Origin: Acidobacteriota bacterium
GTDB lineage: Bacteria > Acidobacteriota > Thermoanaerobaculia > Multivoradales > J023
Assembly: GCA_029263355.1 (NCBI GenBank)
Contig: JAJCXQ010000686.1
Location: forward strand, 177 to 64,176
Reading direction: 5' to 3'
DNA length: 64,000 nucleotides
In this document: positions 29,566-40,057 of the stretch, piece after piece
Numbering within the stretch: position 1 is the stretch's first letter
How the letters are laid out: every line of letters starts with the position of its first letter
Notes under the pieces: generated by a model
The model's input: only the letters and a program-made list of their open reading frames with translations
What the model was told of the DNA's origin: nothing
Databases searched by the model: none
Translations under genes and position numbers: made by a program

Positions 29566-30648
29566 TCAGAGCGATCTAACCCTATTTTCGAACTGAGTCA
29601 GGAGCTCCGGGTCGAGTTCGAGGTTGGTGAGTAGCTTGAGCGCCAGCTCTGCGCCGTTGCGGTCACCTCCAGCCAAGAACCGTTCGAGGGTGGCAATACC
29701 CTCTTCCAAACTCTGCTGCCGCCGCTGAACGGCCTCGTGCTCGTTGACCTGGCTGAAGAGTGCGGCGCCGCGCGGGCTGGTTGGAAACCGTTGACTGTAG
29801 CGCTGGGCCACCTCGCGTGCCGTTGGCCACTCACCCGCCGCCAGGTGGTGTTCGAACTCGGCGATAAAAAGCCTCGAGTCCGCTTCGTCGCGCACCCGCT
29901 CGCGGTGATCCACCAGCCGCTTGCGCAGAAAGTCGATGGTGACTTTTGGAATGTCCATCTGGCCGAGCTGCTCCATCTGCTGCTCGGCGGCATCGAGCTC
30001 ACCCCGAGCCAACAGCTCCTCGAGGCGCTGCTTTGAGCGATCGATATCCGCGCTCCTGGCCTGGCCTTGCTGAGCCTGCGCCAGTTCTGCCGCGAGTTGC
30101 TCCGTGGCACGTGAGGCCGGATCAACTTTGTTCAACGTCTCGAGGTGCTTCGTCGCTTTGGCGAAATCCTCGTTGATCACAGCCGTCCGCCCGGCCGCTA
30201 GCAGCTCATCGGCGCGGCGCTGGAGATCCACTTCTTGATCGAGATCCGCCACCCAAGTCGTGTAGTCGCTACGCCGTGGATGGTTCGGCGCCAACTCGAT
30301 CAAGGTCGTCAACGCCAGCTTGGCCAGCGGCTTTTTGCGCTGTTGGATGTAGCGGGTCAGCATCTCTTCGGTCGCCCTCAGGTTGGCCTGCAGCTTCTCG
30401 ACGTGAGCCGCAGCCTCGACCCGCTGCCGAAACAGGTCCAACCCTACCAGGCGAGGCGCTTTAGTCGTGAGCTGTTTGAGAACCCGTTGCGCTTGGTCGA
30501 GTTGCCCGTCCTTGAGCGCTTGCTCGCCGCGTTGCAGAATCCGCTCGGACGAAACAGTCCGGCTCGACTGCCGCTCGAGTTGCGCCAGAAGCTCCTTGCG
30601 TTCCTCCTTGGTCAAGCGAACGCCGCTCTTGCGTTGACCCTCCGACAC
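29566..30648 (-). CDS. Hypothetical alpha-helical (TPR-like/coiled-coil) protein
   Basis: Repeated helical-hairpin pattern (ALKDGQLDQAQRVL, LARGELDAAEQQM, LAAGEWPTAREVA). Confidence 0.7.
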   Translation of the reverse strand: MSEGQRKSGVRLTKEERKELLAQLERQSSRTVSSERILQRGEQALKDGQLDQAQRVLKQLTTKAPRLVGLDLFRQRVEAAAHVEKLQANLRATEEMLTRYIQQRKKPLAKLALTTLIELAPNHPRRSDYTTWVADLDQEVDLQRRADELLAAGRTAVINEDFAKATKHLETLNKVDPASRATEQLAAELAQAQQGQARSADIDRSKQRLEELLARGELDAAEQQMEQLGQMDIPKVTIDFLRKRLVDHRERVRDEADSRLFIAEFEHHLAAGEWPTAREVAQRYSQRFPTSPRGAALFSQVNEHEAVQRRQQSLEEGIATLERFLAGGDRNGAELALKLLTNLELDPELLTQFENRVRSL

Positions 30649-30844
30649 GCCCTTGTGACCTCCTCCGTGCCATAACTCTTGTGCTCAACAGCACACGTTA
30701 CCCTCGACGATCCACCATTGTAGGACAGACAGAGGCTTTGTAGGACAAGCGCAGGCGTTTCGCCCCTTCTGGATGCTTCACTCGTCGCTCTCCAGCACTC
30801 GAATTCCGATGTGGACACACCTCTCCTGTTAGCATTCCAAGCTT

Positions 30845-31978
30845 GTGAAGCGTTACCTCCCGCCAGTGCTGCTGGTCGTCGTCATCGTACTCGCCGCCCC
30901 ATTCATGGGGGTGATTCGCGACGTCCTCTTCGATCGTTTCGAGTCCACGACGATCCGCTATCTGGCGCGGTTTCTGATTCTGCTCGCCAGCGCCGCCTTC
31001 ATCTTCGCTCTGACGCGTATTCGCGAACACCGCGGATGGCGCTATGCGGGGCTTGCCGGGACGGCCGGCCTGTTGTGGATCGAGAGTGCCTACCTGAGCG
31101 CTCCGATCTCCGGCGGCGGTATCGCGGCGCGGGTCAGCGTAGCGGAGAAAATTCACCTGGTGGAATACGGCCTGTTAGCCCTCCTGCTCTATCTTGCCTG
31201 CAGACCGGCTGGCGATATTTCCATGCTGATTCTGCCGCTGCTTTGGGTGACCTTCGCCGGCGTGCTGGACGAGAGCATGCAATGGTGGGTGGCGACCCGG
31301 ACCGGAGATATCGACGATATTTTTCTCAATGTCTACGCTGGCCTTTGCGGTGTTCTTTTCAGCCTTGCTCTCGATCCGCCCAAGAGGATGCGATGGCGAC
31401 TCTCCCCAGCCAGTCGCCAGCACGTCACCGTCAGCGCGATGCTCGCCGTCGCCAGCCTCGGCTTATTCTTCGACACCGCCCACCTCGGTTACGAGCATCA
31501 CGATCCGGCCATCGGGCGCTTCCGTTCATGGCACACCGCAGATGAGCTGAGAGCCGCAGCAGCTGACCGGGCAATCCGTTGGCGCGTCGATCCTCCGACC
31601 GATCCCTCACCCTGGAAGGGGGAGGATCGCTATCTCGCCGAAGCGGGCTGGCACGCTGGCCATCGCAACGAGCGCTACGACGCTGGCGACATGTACCTAG
31701 CCGCCCAGGCCAACCGTATCCTCGAGACCTACTTCGGGCCCTACCTCGACCTCGAGTTTTTCCGTGGAAGCGGCAAACAACGGTACCCTCCCGAGATCCG
31801 CCGCGAGCTCGAAGCCAAGGCGCCCGTCCGCGATCCAGTCAACTATCTGAGCCCGGTGCTCATCGAGCGCATTTATCCCTGGCCTTCGAGGCGGCAATAC
31901 TACGCTGCTCTGGTGGCAGTGTTGCTTTTGATCTGGGTGGTGCCGCGATGGCTGTGGGGAAGGCGCCAAGCACCCTGA
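30845..31978 (+). CDS. VanZ-like family membrane protein
   Basis: EKIHLVEYGLL and DESMQWWVATRTGDIDDIFLN motifs. Confidence 0.75.
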   Translation: MKRYLPPVLLVVVIVLAAPFMGVIRDVLFDRFESTTIRYLARFLILLASAAFIFALTRIREHRGWRYAGLAGTAGLLWIESAYLSAPISGGGIAARVSVAEKIHLVEYGLLALLLYLACRPAGDISMLILPLLWVTFAGVLDESMQWWVATRTGDIDDIFLNVYAGLCGVLFSLALDPPKRMRWRLSPASRQHVTVSAMLAVASLGLFFDTAHLGYEHHDPAIGRFRSWHTADELRAAAADRAIRWRVDPPTDPSPWKGEDRYLAEAGWHAGHRNERYDAGDMYLAAQANRILETYFGPYLDLEFFRGSGKQRYPPEIRRELEAKAPVRDPVNYLSPVLIERIYPWPSRRQYYAALVAVLLLIWVVPRWLWGRRQAP

Positions 31979-32050
31979 ACTGCGGGTTCTCGATTTCGCT
32001 CCGATGACATTTTGTGGCATCCTCGGGCGCGTCACTTGGAGGAGCCTACG

Positions 32051-34300
32051 ATGACGAATAAAGCGGCTACGGCGCCGGTCGGCGCCGCATCACAGGGGTT
32101 GGGCTTTGGGACAGCGCCGGTCTTCCTGGCGTCGATCAGCACCATTTTGGGCGCTATTCTCTTTCTGCGTTTCGGCTATGCGGTAGGCAGTGTCGGCGTA
32201 TTGGGAGCGTTGCTGATCATTGTCCTCGGACACTTGGTCACGATTCCGACATCCCTAGCCATCGCCGAGATCGCCACCAATCGCCGCGTCGAAGGCGGTG
32301 GCGAGTACTTCATTATTTCGCGCTCCTTTGGCACTACCATCGGTGGCGCCATTGGCCTCGCTCTTTACATGTCTCAAGCGGTATCGGTGGCCTTCTACAT
32401 GATCGCCTTCGCCGAGGCGTTCCGTCCCCTCGAAGGGTGGATCGAGAGCCAACTGGGTCAGCCTTTCGACCCGCGCATGGTGTCGGTGCCCGGCACCCTG
32501 CTGCTGATCTTGTTGATGGTGACCCGTGGCGCCGCTCTCGGCGTCAAAGCGCTGTGGGTGGTCGCCATCGTGCTTGGTTCGTCTCTGTTGTTGTTCTTTT
32601 TGGGATTGCCCCTCGAAGGCGCTGACCCCGGCCTCGACCTAATGAATCCAGTCGCCAATGCCGACCCTTTCATGCTGGTGTTCGCGATCGTCTTCCCGGC
32701 CTTCACCGGGATGACCGCCGGTGTTGGACTCTCGGGTGACTTGGCCAACCCACGCACCTCGATTCCCCGCGGCATCCTCTCCGCCACTCTCGCTGGCATG
32801 GCGATCTACGTCGCCATCGCCTTCAAGTTGGCGAGCGCTGCACCCCCCGAGATCTTGGCCACCGACCAGCTGGTGATGGCGCGCATCGCCCTATGGGGAC
32901 CGATCATTCCCATCGGGTTGGCCTGCGCGTGCATCTCGTCAGCGATCGGCTCGATCCTGGTGGCTCCGCGTACCTTGCAGGCTTTGGCCAGCGACCGCGT
33001 GGTTCCGGCCGAACGCATCAACAGCATGCTGGCGGCCGGCGTCGGTGAAGCCAATGAGCCGCGCAACGCCACCTTGCTCACTGCCGTCTTCGCGTTCGTC
33101 ACCGTCGCCCTCGGCAATGTCGACTTCGTCGCCCGGATCATTTCCATGTTCTTCATGGTGACTTACGGCTCGCTGTGTGCGATCAGCTTCCTGGAACACT
33201 TCGCCGCTCGTCCGAGCTATCGACCGAGCTTTCGCTCCAAGTGGTATATCAGTCTGGTCGGCGCGTTCACTTGCCTGTTTTTGATGTTCCAGATGGACCC
33301 GCTTTACGCTCTGCTGGCGATCGTCGCCATGTTGGCGCTGTACACGTTGATTCGGGCCAGCAAAAAAGGTGGAGCGGACGACCTCGGGGTGATCATCCAG
33401 GGGGTCATGACCCAAGCCACCCGTTTCCTGCAGGTCAAACTACAAAAGAAGACACCGAGCTCACGTGAAGAGTGGCGACCCTCGATCATCATGGTCAACG
33501 GTCGCACCTTCGATCGCAAGTCTCCGCTGCAGTTCCTGAGCTGGCTCTGCGACCGCTACGCCGTCGGCACCTACCTACATTTCATACCCGGCCAGCTCAA
33601 CCGCGAGACTTTCTCGGACGGTCGCCGCAAGCTCTCCGAGCTGATCGACTCGATGCAGATCGACCGCAGCAACCTCTTCGTCGAGACCATGATCAGTCCA
33701 TCGATGCGCTCCGCTCTCGCCCAGAGCTTGCAAGTGCCAGGGATCTCTGGAGTAGAGAACAACACTGCTCTATTCGAGTTCTCCCAACACGACCCCGAGG
33801 AGGTCCTCGAAGAGGTCAAGGACGGCTGCCACATGGCCTGGGGCACCGCCATGGACACTCTTGTGTTGCGCCACGGCGACCACTTCTTCGGCCATCGTCG
33901 CCGCGTCCACCTATGGCTCACCTGGCACGATGACCGCAACGCCAACCTGATGATCCTCCTTGCCTACATCCTGCTTGGCCATCAAGACTGGCACGACGCC
34001 GAGATCAGCGTCTTCGCCGCTTATCCCAAGGAACGGGTCAAGGCGGAGAGCGCCAAGCTGCTCGAGATGGCGCAGACGGGTCGAGTTTCGATCAGCCCAC
34101 GCAACCTCACCGTCATCGCCACCGACGACCGGGGTAACTTCGATGAACTGGTCGCTAAGCGTTCAGCCAAAGCCGATTTGGTGATCCGCGGCTTCGTCGA
34201 AGAGAAGCTCCGTGATCATGGCTGCAAATTCTTCGAGCGCCACCCCGAGCTGAAAGACGTCCTCTTCGTCGCTGCCCGCCAGCGCATCGAGATCGATTAA
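32051..34300 (+). CDS. APC-superfamily transporter, cation-chloride cotransporter (SLC12/CCC)-like
   Basis: ILGAILFLR, GGGEYFIISRSFG, FPAFTGMTAGVGLSGDLANPRTSIPRG, APRTLQAL, WRP and a long C-terminal cytoplasmic domain. Confidence 0.85.
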   Translation: MTNKAATAPVGAASQGLGFGTAPVFLASISTILGAILFLRFGYAVGSVGVLGALLIIVLGHLVTIPTSLAIAEIATNRRVEGGGEYFIISRSFGTTIGGAIGLALYMSQAVSVAFYMIAFAEAFRPLEGWIESQLGQPFDPRMVSVPGTLLLILLMVTRGAALGVKALWVVAIVLGSSLLLFFLGLPLEGADPGLDLMNPVANADPFMLVFAIVFPAFTGMTAGVGLSGDLANPRTSIPRGILSATLAGMAIYVAIAFKLASAAPPEILATDQLVMARIALWGPIIPIGLACACISSAIGSILVAPRTLQALASDRVVPAERINSMLAAGVGEANEPRNATLLTAVFAFVTVALGNVDFVARIISMFFMVTYGSLCAISFLEHFAARPSYRPSFRSKWYISLVGAFTCLFLMFQMDPLYALLAIVAMLALYTLIRASKKGGADDLGVIIQGVMTQATRFLQVKLQKKTPSSREEWRPSIIMVNGRTFDRKSPLQFLSWLCDRYAVGTYLHFIPGQLNRETFSDGRRKLSELIDSMQIDRSNLFVETMISPSMRSALAQSLQVPGISGVENNTALFEFSQHDPEEVLEEVKDGCHMAWGTAMDTLVLRHGDHFFGHRRRVHLWLTWHDDRNANLMILLAYILLGHQDWHDAEISVFAAYPKERVKAESAKLLEMAQTGRVSISPRNLTVIATDDRGNFDELVAKRSAKADLVIRGFVEEKLRDHGCKFFERHPELKDVLFVAARQRIEID

Positions 34301-34317
34301 CAGGCCAAGACTCGAAT

Positions 34318-34674
34318 CTAACCGTCGAGCTTCGCGTCCAGGTACTCGACGAGGGCTGCAGCGTTGGAAATACGCTCAGCCCTGGCGCCAAAGAGCAGGG
34401 TGACCGGACCTGCTTTGACACGGTCGACGAGATCTGCGATCGCCTCGGGCTGGGCGTCGAGCTCGAGAAAGTAGCGGGCTTTGAATTCCGACCACTTGGC
34501 GGGATCGTGCTGGAACCAGCGGCGTAGCTCAGTGCTGGGGGCGATGTCTTTGAGCCAGATATCAAATTGGACCTGGTCTTTCCTGAGACCGCGAGGCCAC
34601 AGTCGGTCGATCAACACCCTATAGCCCTCATCGTTCATCGGTGGTTCGTAAACTCGGCGAATATTGATCGTCAT
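34318..34674 (-). CDS. DUF488/YeaO family protein
   Basis: RRVYE, RVLIDRLWPRG, IAPSTELRRWF, FKARYFLEL. Confidence 0.9.
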   Translation of the reverse strand: MTINIRRVYEPPMNDEGYRVLIDRLWPRGLRKDQVQFDIWLKDIAPSTELRRWFQHDPAKWSEFKARYFLELDAQPEAIADLVDRVKAGPVTLLFGARAERISNAAALVEYLDAKLDG

Positions 34675-34778
34675 CGTGGGCTTCCTGGGTGCTGTAACAA
34701 AGGCTGTGACAGAGGCTGTAACGCCGACAGGTGCAATGACATCCTACTAGGCGTTCAACCGACACAAGGAGAGAGTTC

Positions 34779-35972
34779 ATGGCTGACGACAAGCTTGAGT
34801 TGTACGGCGCCAACTGGTGTGGCGATTGCCGACGGGCGAAGAAATTCCTGGGCGAGCAGCGAATCCACTACGATTGGCTCGACATCACCGACAATGACGA
34901 GGCGATCGCTTTCGTCGAGAGCGTGAATGACGGCAAGCGCCGCATCCCCACCATCGTGCTGCCGGACGATCGGGTGTTGTCGAACCCTTCCAACGCCGAA
35001 TTGGCGGCCGCCTTGGGACTGCGCACTCAGGCGAAGATGAACTACTACGACACGATCATCGTCGGCAGCGGGCCGGCGGGTCTCACTGCGGCGCTATACC
35101 TAGCACGCGAAGGATTCGAAGTGCTGGTGATCGAGAAGAGCGGCCTCGGCGGCCAGACCGGAATCACCGACCGCCTGGACAACTTCCCGGGATTTCCCGA
35201 GGGCATCACCGGTGGCGAATTCGCCGACCGATTGGTGCAGCAGGCGAAACGCTTCGGCGTCGAGATCTTACAAGCTCAAGCGGTCACTGGCCTGCGGCCC
35301 GAGGCCGAGTCGCGTTATGTCACTACCTCCGACGGCCAGGAGTACGGAGCACGAGCAGTGGTGATCGCCACCGGCTCGACCTACAAGCGGCTCGAGGTCC
35401 CTGGCGAAGAAGAGCTGCTCGGCGCTGGGGTGCATTTCTGCGCCACCTGCGATGGCCCGTTCTACCGCGGTGAGCACGTCGCCGTGGTGGGCGGCGGCGC
35501 TAGCGCTGCCGAGGAGAGCTTGTTCCTGACCCGATTCGTCGATCAGGTGACCCTGCTGGTCCGCGGCGACACCCTCAAGGCTGCACCAGTGGTGATCGAC
35601 AAAGTCCATGAGAACAACAAGATCGAGGTGCGCTACAACACCAGCGTGCGGGAATTGCAGGGCGCCAACAAGCTCGAGGGATTGATCGTCGGCGCGACGG
35701 ATGGCGATGCGACCGTTAACGGTGCAGAGACCCTGAACCCGGCGGCGGTATTCCTCTTCGTCGGGTTGTCACCCAATAGCGGTTGGCTACCGGACAACAT
35801 AGAGCGCAACGATCACGGTTTTTTATGCACCGACAAGACGCTGCAAACCACGACCCCTGGTGTCTTCGCCGCGGGTGACGTGCGCCACGGCGCAACCAAC
35901 CAAGCCGCCAGCGCAGCTGGCGAAGGGGCTACGGTCGCCTTGATGGTGCGGGAATATCTAAAAGAGGCTTAA
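34779..35972 (+). CDS. Glutaredoxin/NrdH-like domain fused to thioredoxin reductase
   Basis: N-terminal WCGDC...RIPTI; GSGPAG, CATCDG, VVGGGASA, FAAGDV. Confidence 0.9.
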   Translation: MADDKLELYGANWCGDCRRAKKFLGEQRIHYDWLDITDNDEAIAFVESVNDGKRRIPTIVLPDDRVLSNPSNAELAAALGLRTQAKMNYYDTIIVGSGPAGLTAALYLAREGFEVLVIEKSGLGGQTGITDRLDNFPGFPEGITGGEFADRLVQQAKRFGVEILQAQAVTGLRPEAESRYVTTSDGQEYGARAVVIATGSTYKRLEVPGEEELLGAGVHFCATCDGPFYRGEHVAVVGGGASAAEESLFLTRFVDQVTLLVRGDTLKAAPVVIDKVHENNKIEVRYNTSVRELQGANKLEGLIVGATDGDATVNGAETLNPAAVFLFVGLSPNSGWLPDNIERNDHGFLCTDKTLQTTTPGVFAAGDVRHGATNQAASAAGEGATVALMVREYLKEA

Positions 35973-35986
35973 ACCGATCAAATATC

Positions 35987-36064
35987 CACGGGCCTAAAGG
36001 CCCGTGCTATCGAGGACGCCGGCTTCAGCCGGCGTCGTTCATAGCCCGGGGATTTATCCCCGGG
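35987..36064. repeat. REP/REPIN-like element: two inverted REP-like hairpins flanking a central hairpin
   Basis: cacgggcc-taaa-ggcccgtg, gacgccggc-ttca-gccggcgtc and cccgggga-ttta-tccccggg between convergent genes. Confidence 0.7.
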
Positions 36065-36070
36065 GTTCGG

Positions 36071-37009
36071 CTACTTAGACTCGGCAGCAGCCTTCTTGGC
36101 CGCCTCGATCAACGGCTCGAAGGCCGCCAACGGCTGCGCACCGTTCACGAAACGGCCGTTGACGAAAAAGCCCGGGGTACCGGAGACGCCACGCTTGCCG
36201 CCATTGGCCATCGACAAATCCACCGCCGCCAAAGCTTCCTTGTACTCGGCAGACTCTTTGTCCTCCGCGCACGTGGTGTACTTGGCCATGTCGATACCGC
36301 TGTTGGCCAGGTACTCTTTGCTCTTTTCGAGCACGTTGTCAGGAGTCAATGCCTTCTGATTCTCGAAGTAGCTGTCGTGCAGGCTCCAGAACGCGTCGCC
36401 GTTCTGCAGGCCGACACAGTGTGCGGCGATCGCGGCAGGTTTGGCCCACGGGTGGACGCTCAGCGGGACGTGCTGGAAGACCACTTTGACGTCCTCCGGG
36501 TACTTCTCGAGGATCTCTTCGATGGTCGCGGCGCCGCGGGAGCAGTAGGGGCACTGGAAGTCAGAGTACTCGACGATCGTCACCGGCGCGTCAGCGTTAC
36601 CGCGAAATGGCAGGCCAGCGACCTCGGCCTCAATCTCTTTGGCGAGCTCAGCAGCTTTGACGGCCGCCTCGGCCTCTTGCTTCTCGGCCTCGACCTGGAG
36701 CTCGCCAGCGTCGCGGCTGACATCGATCGGGTCGGAAATCATGAACAGCGCCGTGTTGTCGCTCGACACCAAGAACTTCTGGGTCTGACGGTTGCTGATC
36801 GTGAAGCTGCCACGGTCGAGGTCGCCATAACCGGAGGCTTCGAGATCAGCCATGGTGATGGGGGCTTGCTTGAGCTGCGGGAACTTCGATTGCAGATTGG
36901 CGAGGATCTGCTGCTTGCGCTCCTCGCTGTTGTCGGTGTCGGCAAAAGCTACCGCACTGAGACCCAGGCAGAGGATCGTCAAAAGCAACAAAGTGGACAC
37001 TTTTTTCAT
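36071..37009 (-). CDS. Exported DsbA/DsbG-like thioredoxin-fold protein
   Basis: Signal peptide; APVTIVEYSDFQCPYC; GVSGTPGFFVNG. Confidence 0.9.
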   Translation of the reverse strand: MKKVSTLLLLTILCLGLSAVAFADTDNSEERKQQILANLQSKFPQLKQAPITMADLEASGYGDLDRGSFTISNRQTQKFLVSSDNTALFMISDPIDVSRDAGELQVEAEKQEAEAAVKAAELAKEIEAEVAGLPFRGNADAPVTIVEYSDFQCPYCSRGAATIEEILEKYPEDVKVVFQHVPLSVHPWAKPAAIAAHCVGLQNGDAFWSLHDSYFENQKALTPDNVLEKSKEYLANSGIDMAKYTTCAEDKESAEYKEALAAVDLSMANGGKRGVSGTPGFFVNGRFVNGAQPLAAFEPLIEAAKKAAAESK

Positions 37010-37254
37010 GTTTGAGCTCCTTTCGGGAGTGTGAAGGGGCGGAATCTTGATGGCAGATGGATCGCCTGCCGGGCTGAGTCTTGATTGGGCCGCGAGGTAG
37101 GGCTAGCGGCGCTAGGGGCGCTCATTCGCACGGAATTTCGCGACATGCGCGGCGCCTTCCTGGCCGGATCGGTTGCAAAGCATAGACCAAACCCCTGGCT
37201 GGGGCCTAGAGAACCTCGCTCCGGCGGGTAAAAAACCCGTAAAAGGGCACCTCG

Positions 37255-38676
37255 TCAGAAGTTGATCGTACGTTTGTCGACGGCCAACGCCGCCTCTTTG
37301 AGGGCCTCCGCGAGGGTGGGGTGAGCGTGGACGGAACGGGCGATATCTTCGCTCGAGGCGCCAAACTCTATCGCCACCGCCGCCTCAGCGATCAAGTCTC
37401 CGGCCCGCGGCCCAATGATGTGGACCCCGAGCACACGATCGGTCTCGGCGTCGGCGAGGACTTTGACCTGACCTTCAGTTTGATTCAAGGCCTTGGCCCG
37501 GCCGTTGGCCGAGAACGGGAACTTACCCTTGCGGTATTTGATACCGGCTTCTTTGAGCTGTTCCTCGCTCTTGCCGACGGTGGCGATCTCTGGATGGGTG
37601 TAGACGATACCCGGGATAGCATCGTAGTTGACGTGGCCGAACCCGGTGGCCAAGAACTCAGCACACGCCACCCCCTCGTGTTCGGCCTTGTGCGCCAACA
37701 TCGGCCCGGCGATAACGTCTCCGAGGGCGTAGACACCCGCGGCAGAGGTTTGGAAGTGCTCGTCGACTGGAATGCGACCCCGCTCGTCGAGCTCGACACC
37801 CACCGACGCCAACCCGAGGTCGTTGGTGTAAGGACGACGGCCGACGGCAACCAGCACTCGGTCGCACTCGATCGGTTCCATACCTTCAGCTTCAACGACA
37901 CAGCCCTCACCGACAACAACTCGCGCGCCGGTGACCCGGGTGCCGAGGCGAAACTCGATGCCCTGCTTCTTGAAGATCTGACGGGCACGTTTGGCGGTAT
38001 CGGCATCCATGCCTGGCAGGATACGGTCGAGATACTCGAGCACCGTGACCTTGGCGCCCAACCGGGCCCACACCGAGCCGAGCTCGAGACCGATGTAGCC
38101 GGCTCCAATCACCACCAGATGCTCCGGAACCTCCGGATAGGACAACGCCTCGGTGGACGAGCCGATGCGATCCCAGTCCATCTCGACCCCCGGAAGGGTC
38201 GCAACCTCGGAGCCAGTGGCCAAAATGACATGTTTGGCGAGCAATTTGACCACCGTCTCAGTGTTCCCCGCTTCGTCGGCCCCGCCTTCCGACTCGACGA
38301 TCACACTTCCCGGACCCTCGAGGCGTCCATGACCCCTGTAGCGGGTGATTTTGTTCTTCTTGAACAGACCCGCCACTCCACCAGTGAGGGCAGTAACGAT
38401 GTTGTCCTTGTGCTGCAGCATGGCGCCGAGGTCGAATCCGACCCCTTCGACGGTGACGCCGAAGGCTGCCAAGCCATGTTTGGTCTCCTCGTAACGCTCG
38501 CTCGCTTCCAACAGGGCCTTCGTAGGGATGCAGCCGTCTCGCAGGCAGGTCCCTCCGAGCGCCGGTTCCTTCTCGACGCAAGCGGTGTCCAGGCCCAACT
38601 GGGCGGCGCGGATTGCGGCGACATAACCACCGGGACCCGAGCCGATAATCACTAGATCGTGCTCGTGCTCTTCCAT
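37255..38676 (-). CDS. lpdA: Dihydrolipoyl dehydrogenase
   Basis: GSGPGGYVAAIRAAQLG, GGTCLRDGCIP, GAGYIGLE, HAHPTLAE. Confidence 0.97.
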   Translation of the reverse strand: MEEHEHDLVIIGSGPGGYVAAIRAAQLGLDTACVEKEPALGGTCLRDGCIPTKALLEASERYEETKHGLAAFGVTVEGVGFDLGAMLQHKDNIVTALTGGVAGLFKKNKITRYRGHGRLEGPGSVIVESEGGADEAGNTETVVKLLAKHVILATGSEVATLPGVEMDWDRIGSSTEALSYPEVPEHLVVIGAGYIGLELGSVWARLGAKVTVLEYLDRILPGMDADTAKRARQIFKKQGIEFRLGTRVTGARVVVGEGCVVEAEGMEPIECDRVLVAVGRRPYTNDLGLASVGVELDERGRIPVDEHFQTSAAGVYALGDVIAGPMLAHKAEHEGVACAEFLATGFGHVNYDAIPGIVYTHPEIATVGKSEEQLKEAGIKYRKGKFPFSANGRAKALNQTEGQVKVLADAETDRVLGVHIIGPRAGDLIAEAAVAIEFGASSEDIARSVHAHPTLAEALKEAALAVDKRTINF

Positions 38677-38731
38677 ACGTCCTCGAATTCGGTTTCTGGC
38701 TTCGGGCCAAGAGGCGCCGAGGCCGAGATGA

Positions 38732-40057
38732 TCAGATTTCCAGCAAGATCCGCGTTGGATCCTCCAAACGCTCCTTCACGCGGATCAGAAACGTCACCGC
38801 CTCGCGACCGTCGACCAAGCGATGATCGTAGGTCAGAGCGAGGTACATCATCGGCCGAATCACCACCTCACCATCAACCGCCACCGGACGATCCTGGATT
38901 TTGTGCATCCCGAGGATGCCGCTCTGAGGCGGATTGACGATCGGCGTCGACAGCAAAGAACCGTAGATGCCGCCATTCGAGATCGTGAAGGTGCCGCCTT
39001 GCAATTCTTCGAGTTTGAGCTTGCCGTCCCGCGCCCGAACCGCGTAGTCAGCGATGGTCTTCTCGACCTCGGCGAAGCTCAGACGCTCAGCATTGCGGAT
39101 GATGGGCACCACCAATCCCTTGCCGCCACCGACCGCGATCCCAATGTCCTGATAGTTGCGGTAGACGATCTCGTTGCCCCGCACCTCGGCGTTGACTTGC
39201 GGCACGTCTTTCAGCGCCTCGACCACCGCCTTGACGAAAAACGACATGAAGCCGACCTTGATGCCGTATTTGGCGATAAAGGTCTCTTGATACTCCTTGC
39301 GCAGCGCCTTGATGCTCGACATGTCGACTTCGTTGAAGGTGGTGAGCAACGCCGCCGTTTGCTGAGCCTCGACCAAACGCTCGGCCACTCGGCGACGCAA
39401 TGGCGTCATACGCACAACCTCTTCTTGTCGTGAGCCGGCGCCTGGCGCGGAAGGGGCGGCAGGCACAGGCGGTTTGGCAGCTGGAGCAGACGCGGCAGCT
39501 GGAGCAGACGCGGCGGCAGGAGCAGTCGCGGCAGGCGTAGCACGGTGGCGTAAGACGTCCTCTTTCAACAGCCTGCCGCCGGGCCCCGTCGCCGTCACCT
39601 CGGAGGCATCGAGTCCTCTCTCCGCCAATGCCCGACGCGCCGCTGGCATGATGCGCTGGTCGCCGTCGAAGGTCTCGTCGCGAGCGGCGCCTTCTGGCGC
39701 CGAAGTCCCTGCCGAAGCATCTGTCGTTGACTCCGCTGGCTCCTCTGTTGCCGAAGGCTCCTCTGTCGCCGCGGGCTCCGCCAGCTCCGCCGGCTCCGCT
39801 GGCGCGTCGCCAGGCTTCTCGCCCGCTTCCATCAGACCGACGATATCGCCGACTTCGGCGTCGTCACCTTCCTTCTTGAGGATCTGCTTCAGGACGCCAC
39901 TCTCGGGCGCCGGCAGCTCGACGTTGACCTTGTCGGTTTCGATAATCACCAACGGCTCGTCCTCGGCGACCCAATCGCCCTCGGCCTTGAGCCACTCGCC
40001 GATCATCACCTCGGTGATCGACTCCCCCACCGTCGGAATTTTCAACTCGATCGCCAT
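38732..40057 (-). CDS. sucB: 2-oxoglutarate dehydrogenase E2 (dihydrolipoyllysine succinyltransferase)
   Basis: GESITE...ETDKV lipoyl domain, [12 protein letters not shown]3-binding domain, [20 protein letters not shown]. Confidence 0.96.
   Translation of the reverse strand: MAIELKIPTVGESITEVMIGEWLKAEGDWVAEDEPLVIIETDKVNVELPAPESGVLKQILKKEGDDAEVGDIVGLMEAGEKPGDAPAEPAELAEPAATEEPSATEEPAESTTDASAGTSAPEGAARDETFDGDQRIMPAARRALAERGLDASEVTATGPGGRLLKEDVLRHRATPAATAPAAASAPAAASAPAAKPPVPAAPSAPGAGSRQEEVVRMTPLRRRVAERLVEAQQTAALLTTFNEVDMSSIKALRKEYQETFIAKYGIKVGFMSFFVKAVVEALKDVPQVNAEVRGNEIVYRNYQDIGIAVGGGKGLVVPIIRNAERLSFAEVEKTIADYAVRARDGKLKLEELQGGTFTISNGGIYGSLLSTPIVNPPQSGILGMHKIQDRPVAVDGEVVIRPMMYLALTYDHRLVDGREAVTFLIRVKERLEDPTRILLEI

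Noticed and set aside
37321..38655. 444-aa plus-strand ORF and similar long antisense or alternate-frame ORFs (1416..2198, 8866..9753, 26551..27402, 43900..44727, 54168..55253)
   Set aside because: Shadow ORFs of well-supported genes in high-GC DNA, with no recognisable motifs.
39470..39810. 18-bp Ala/Pro/Glu repeats in sucB
   Set aside because: Ordinary flexible linkers of E2 subunits.
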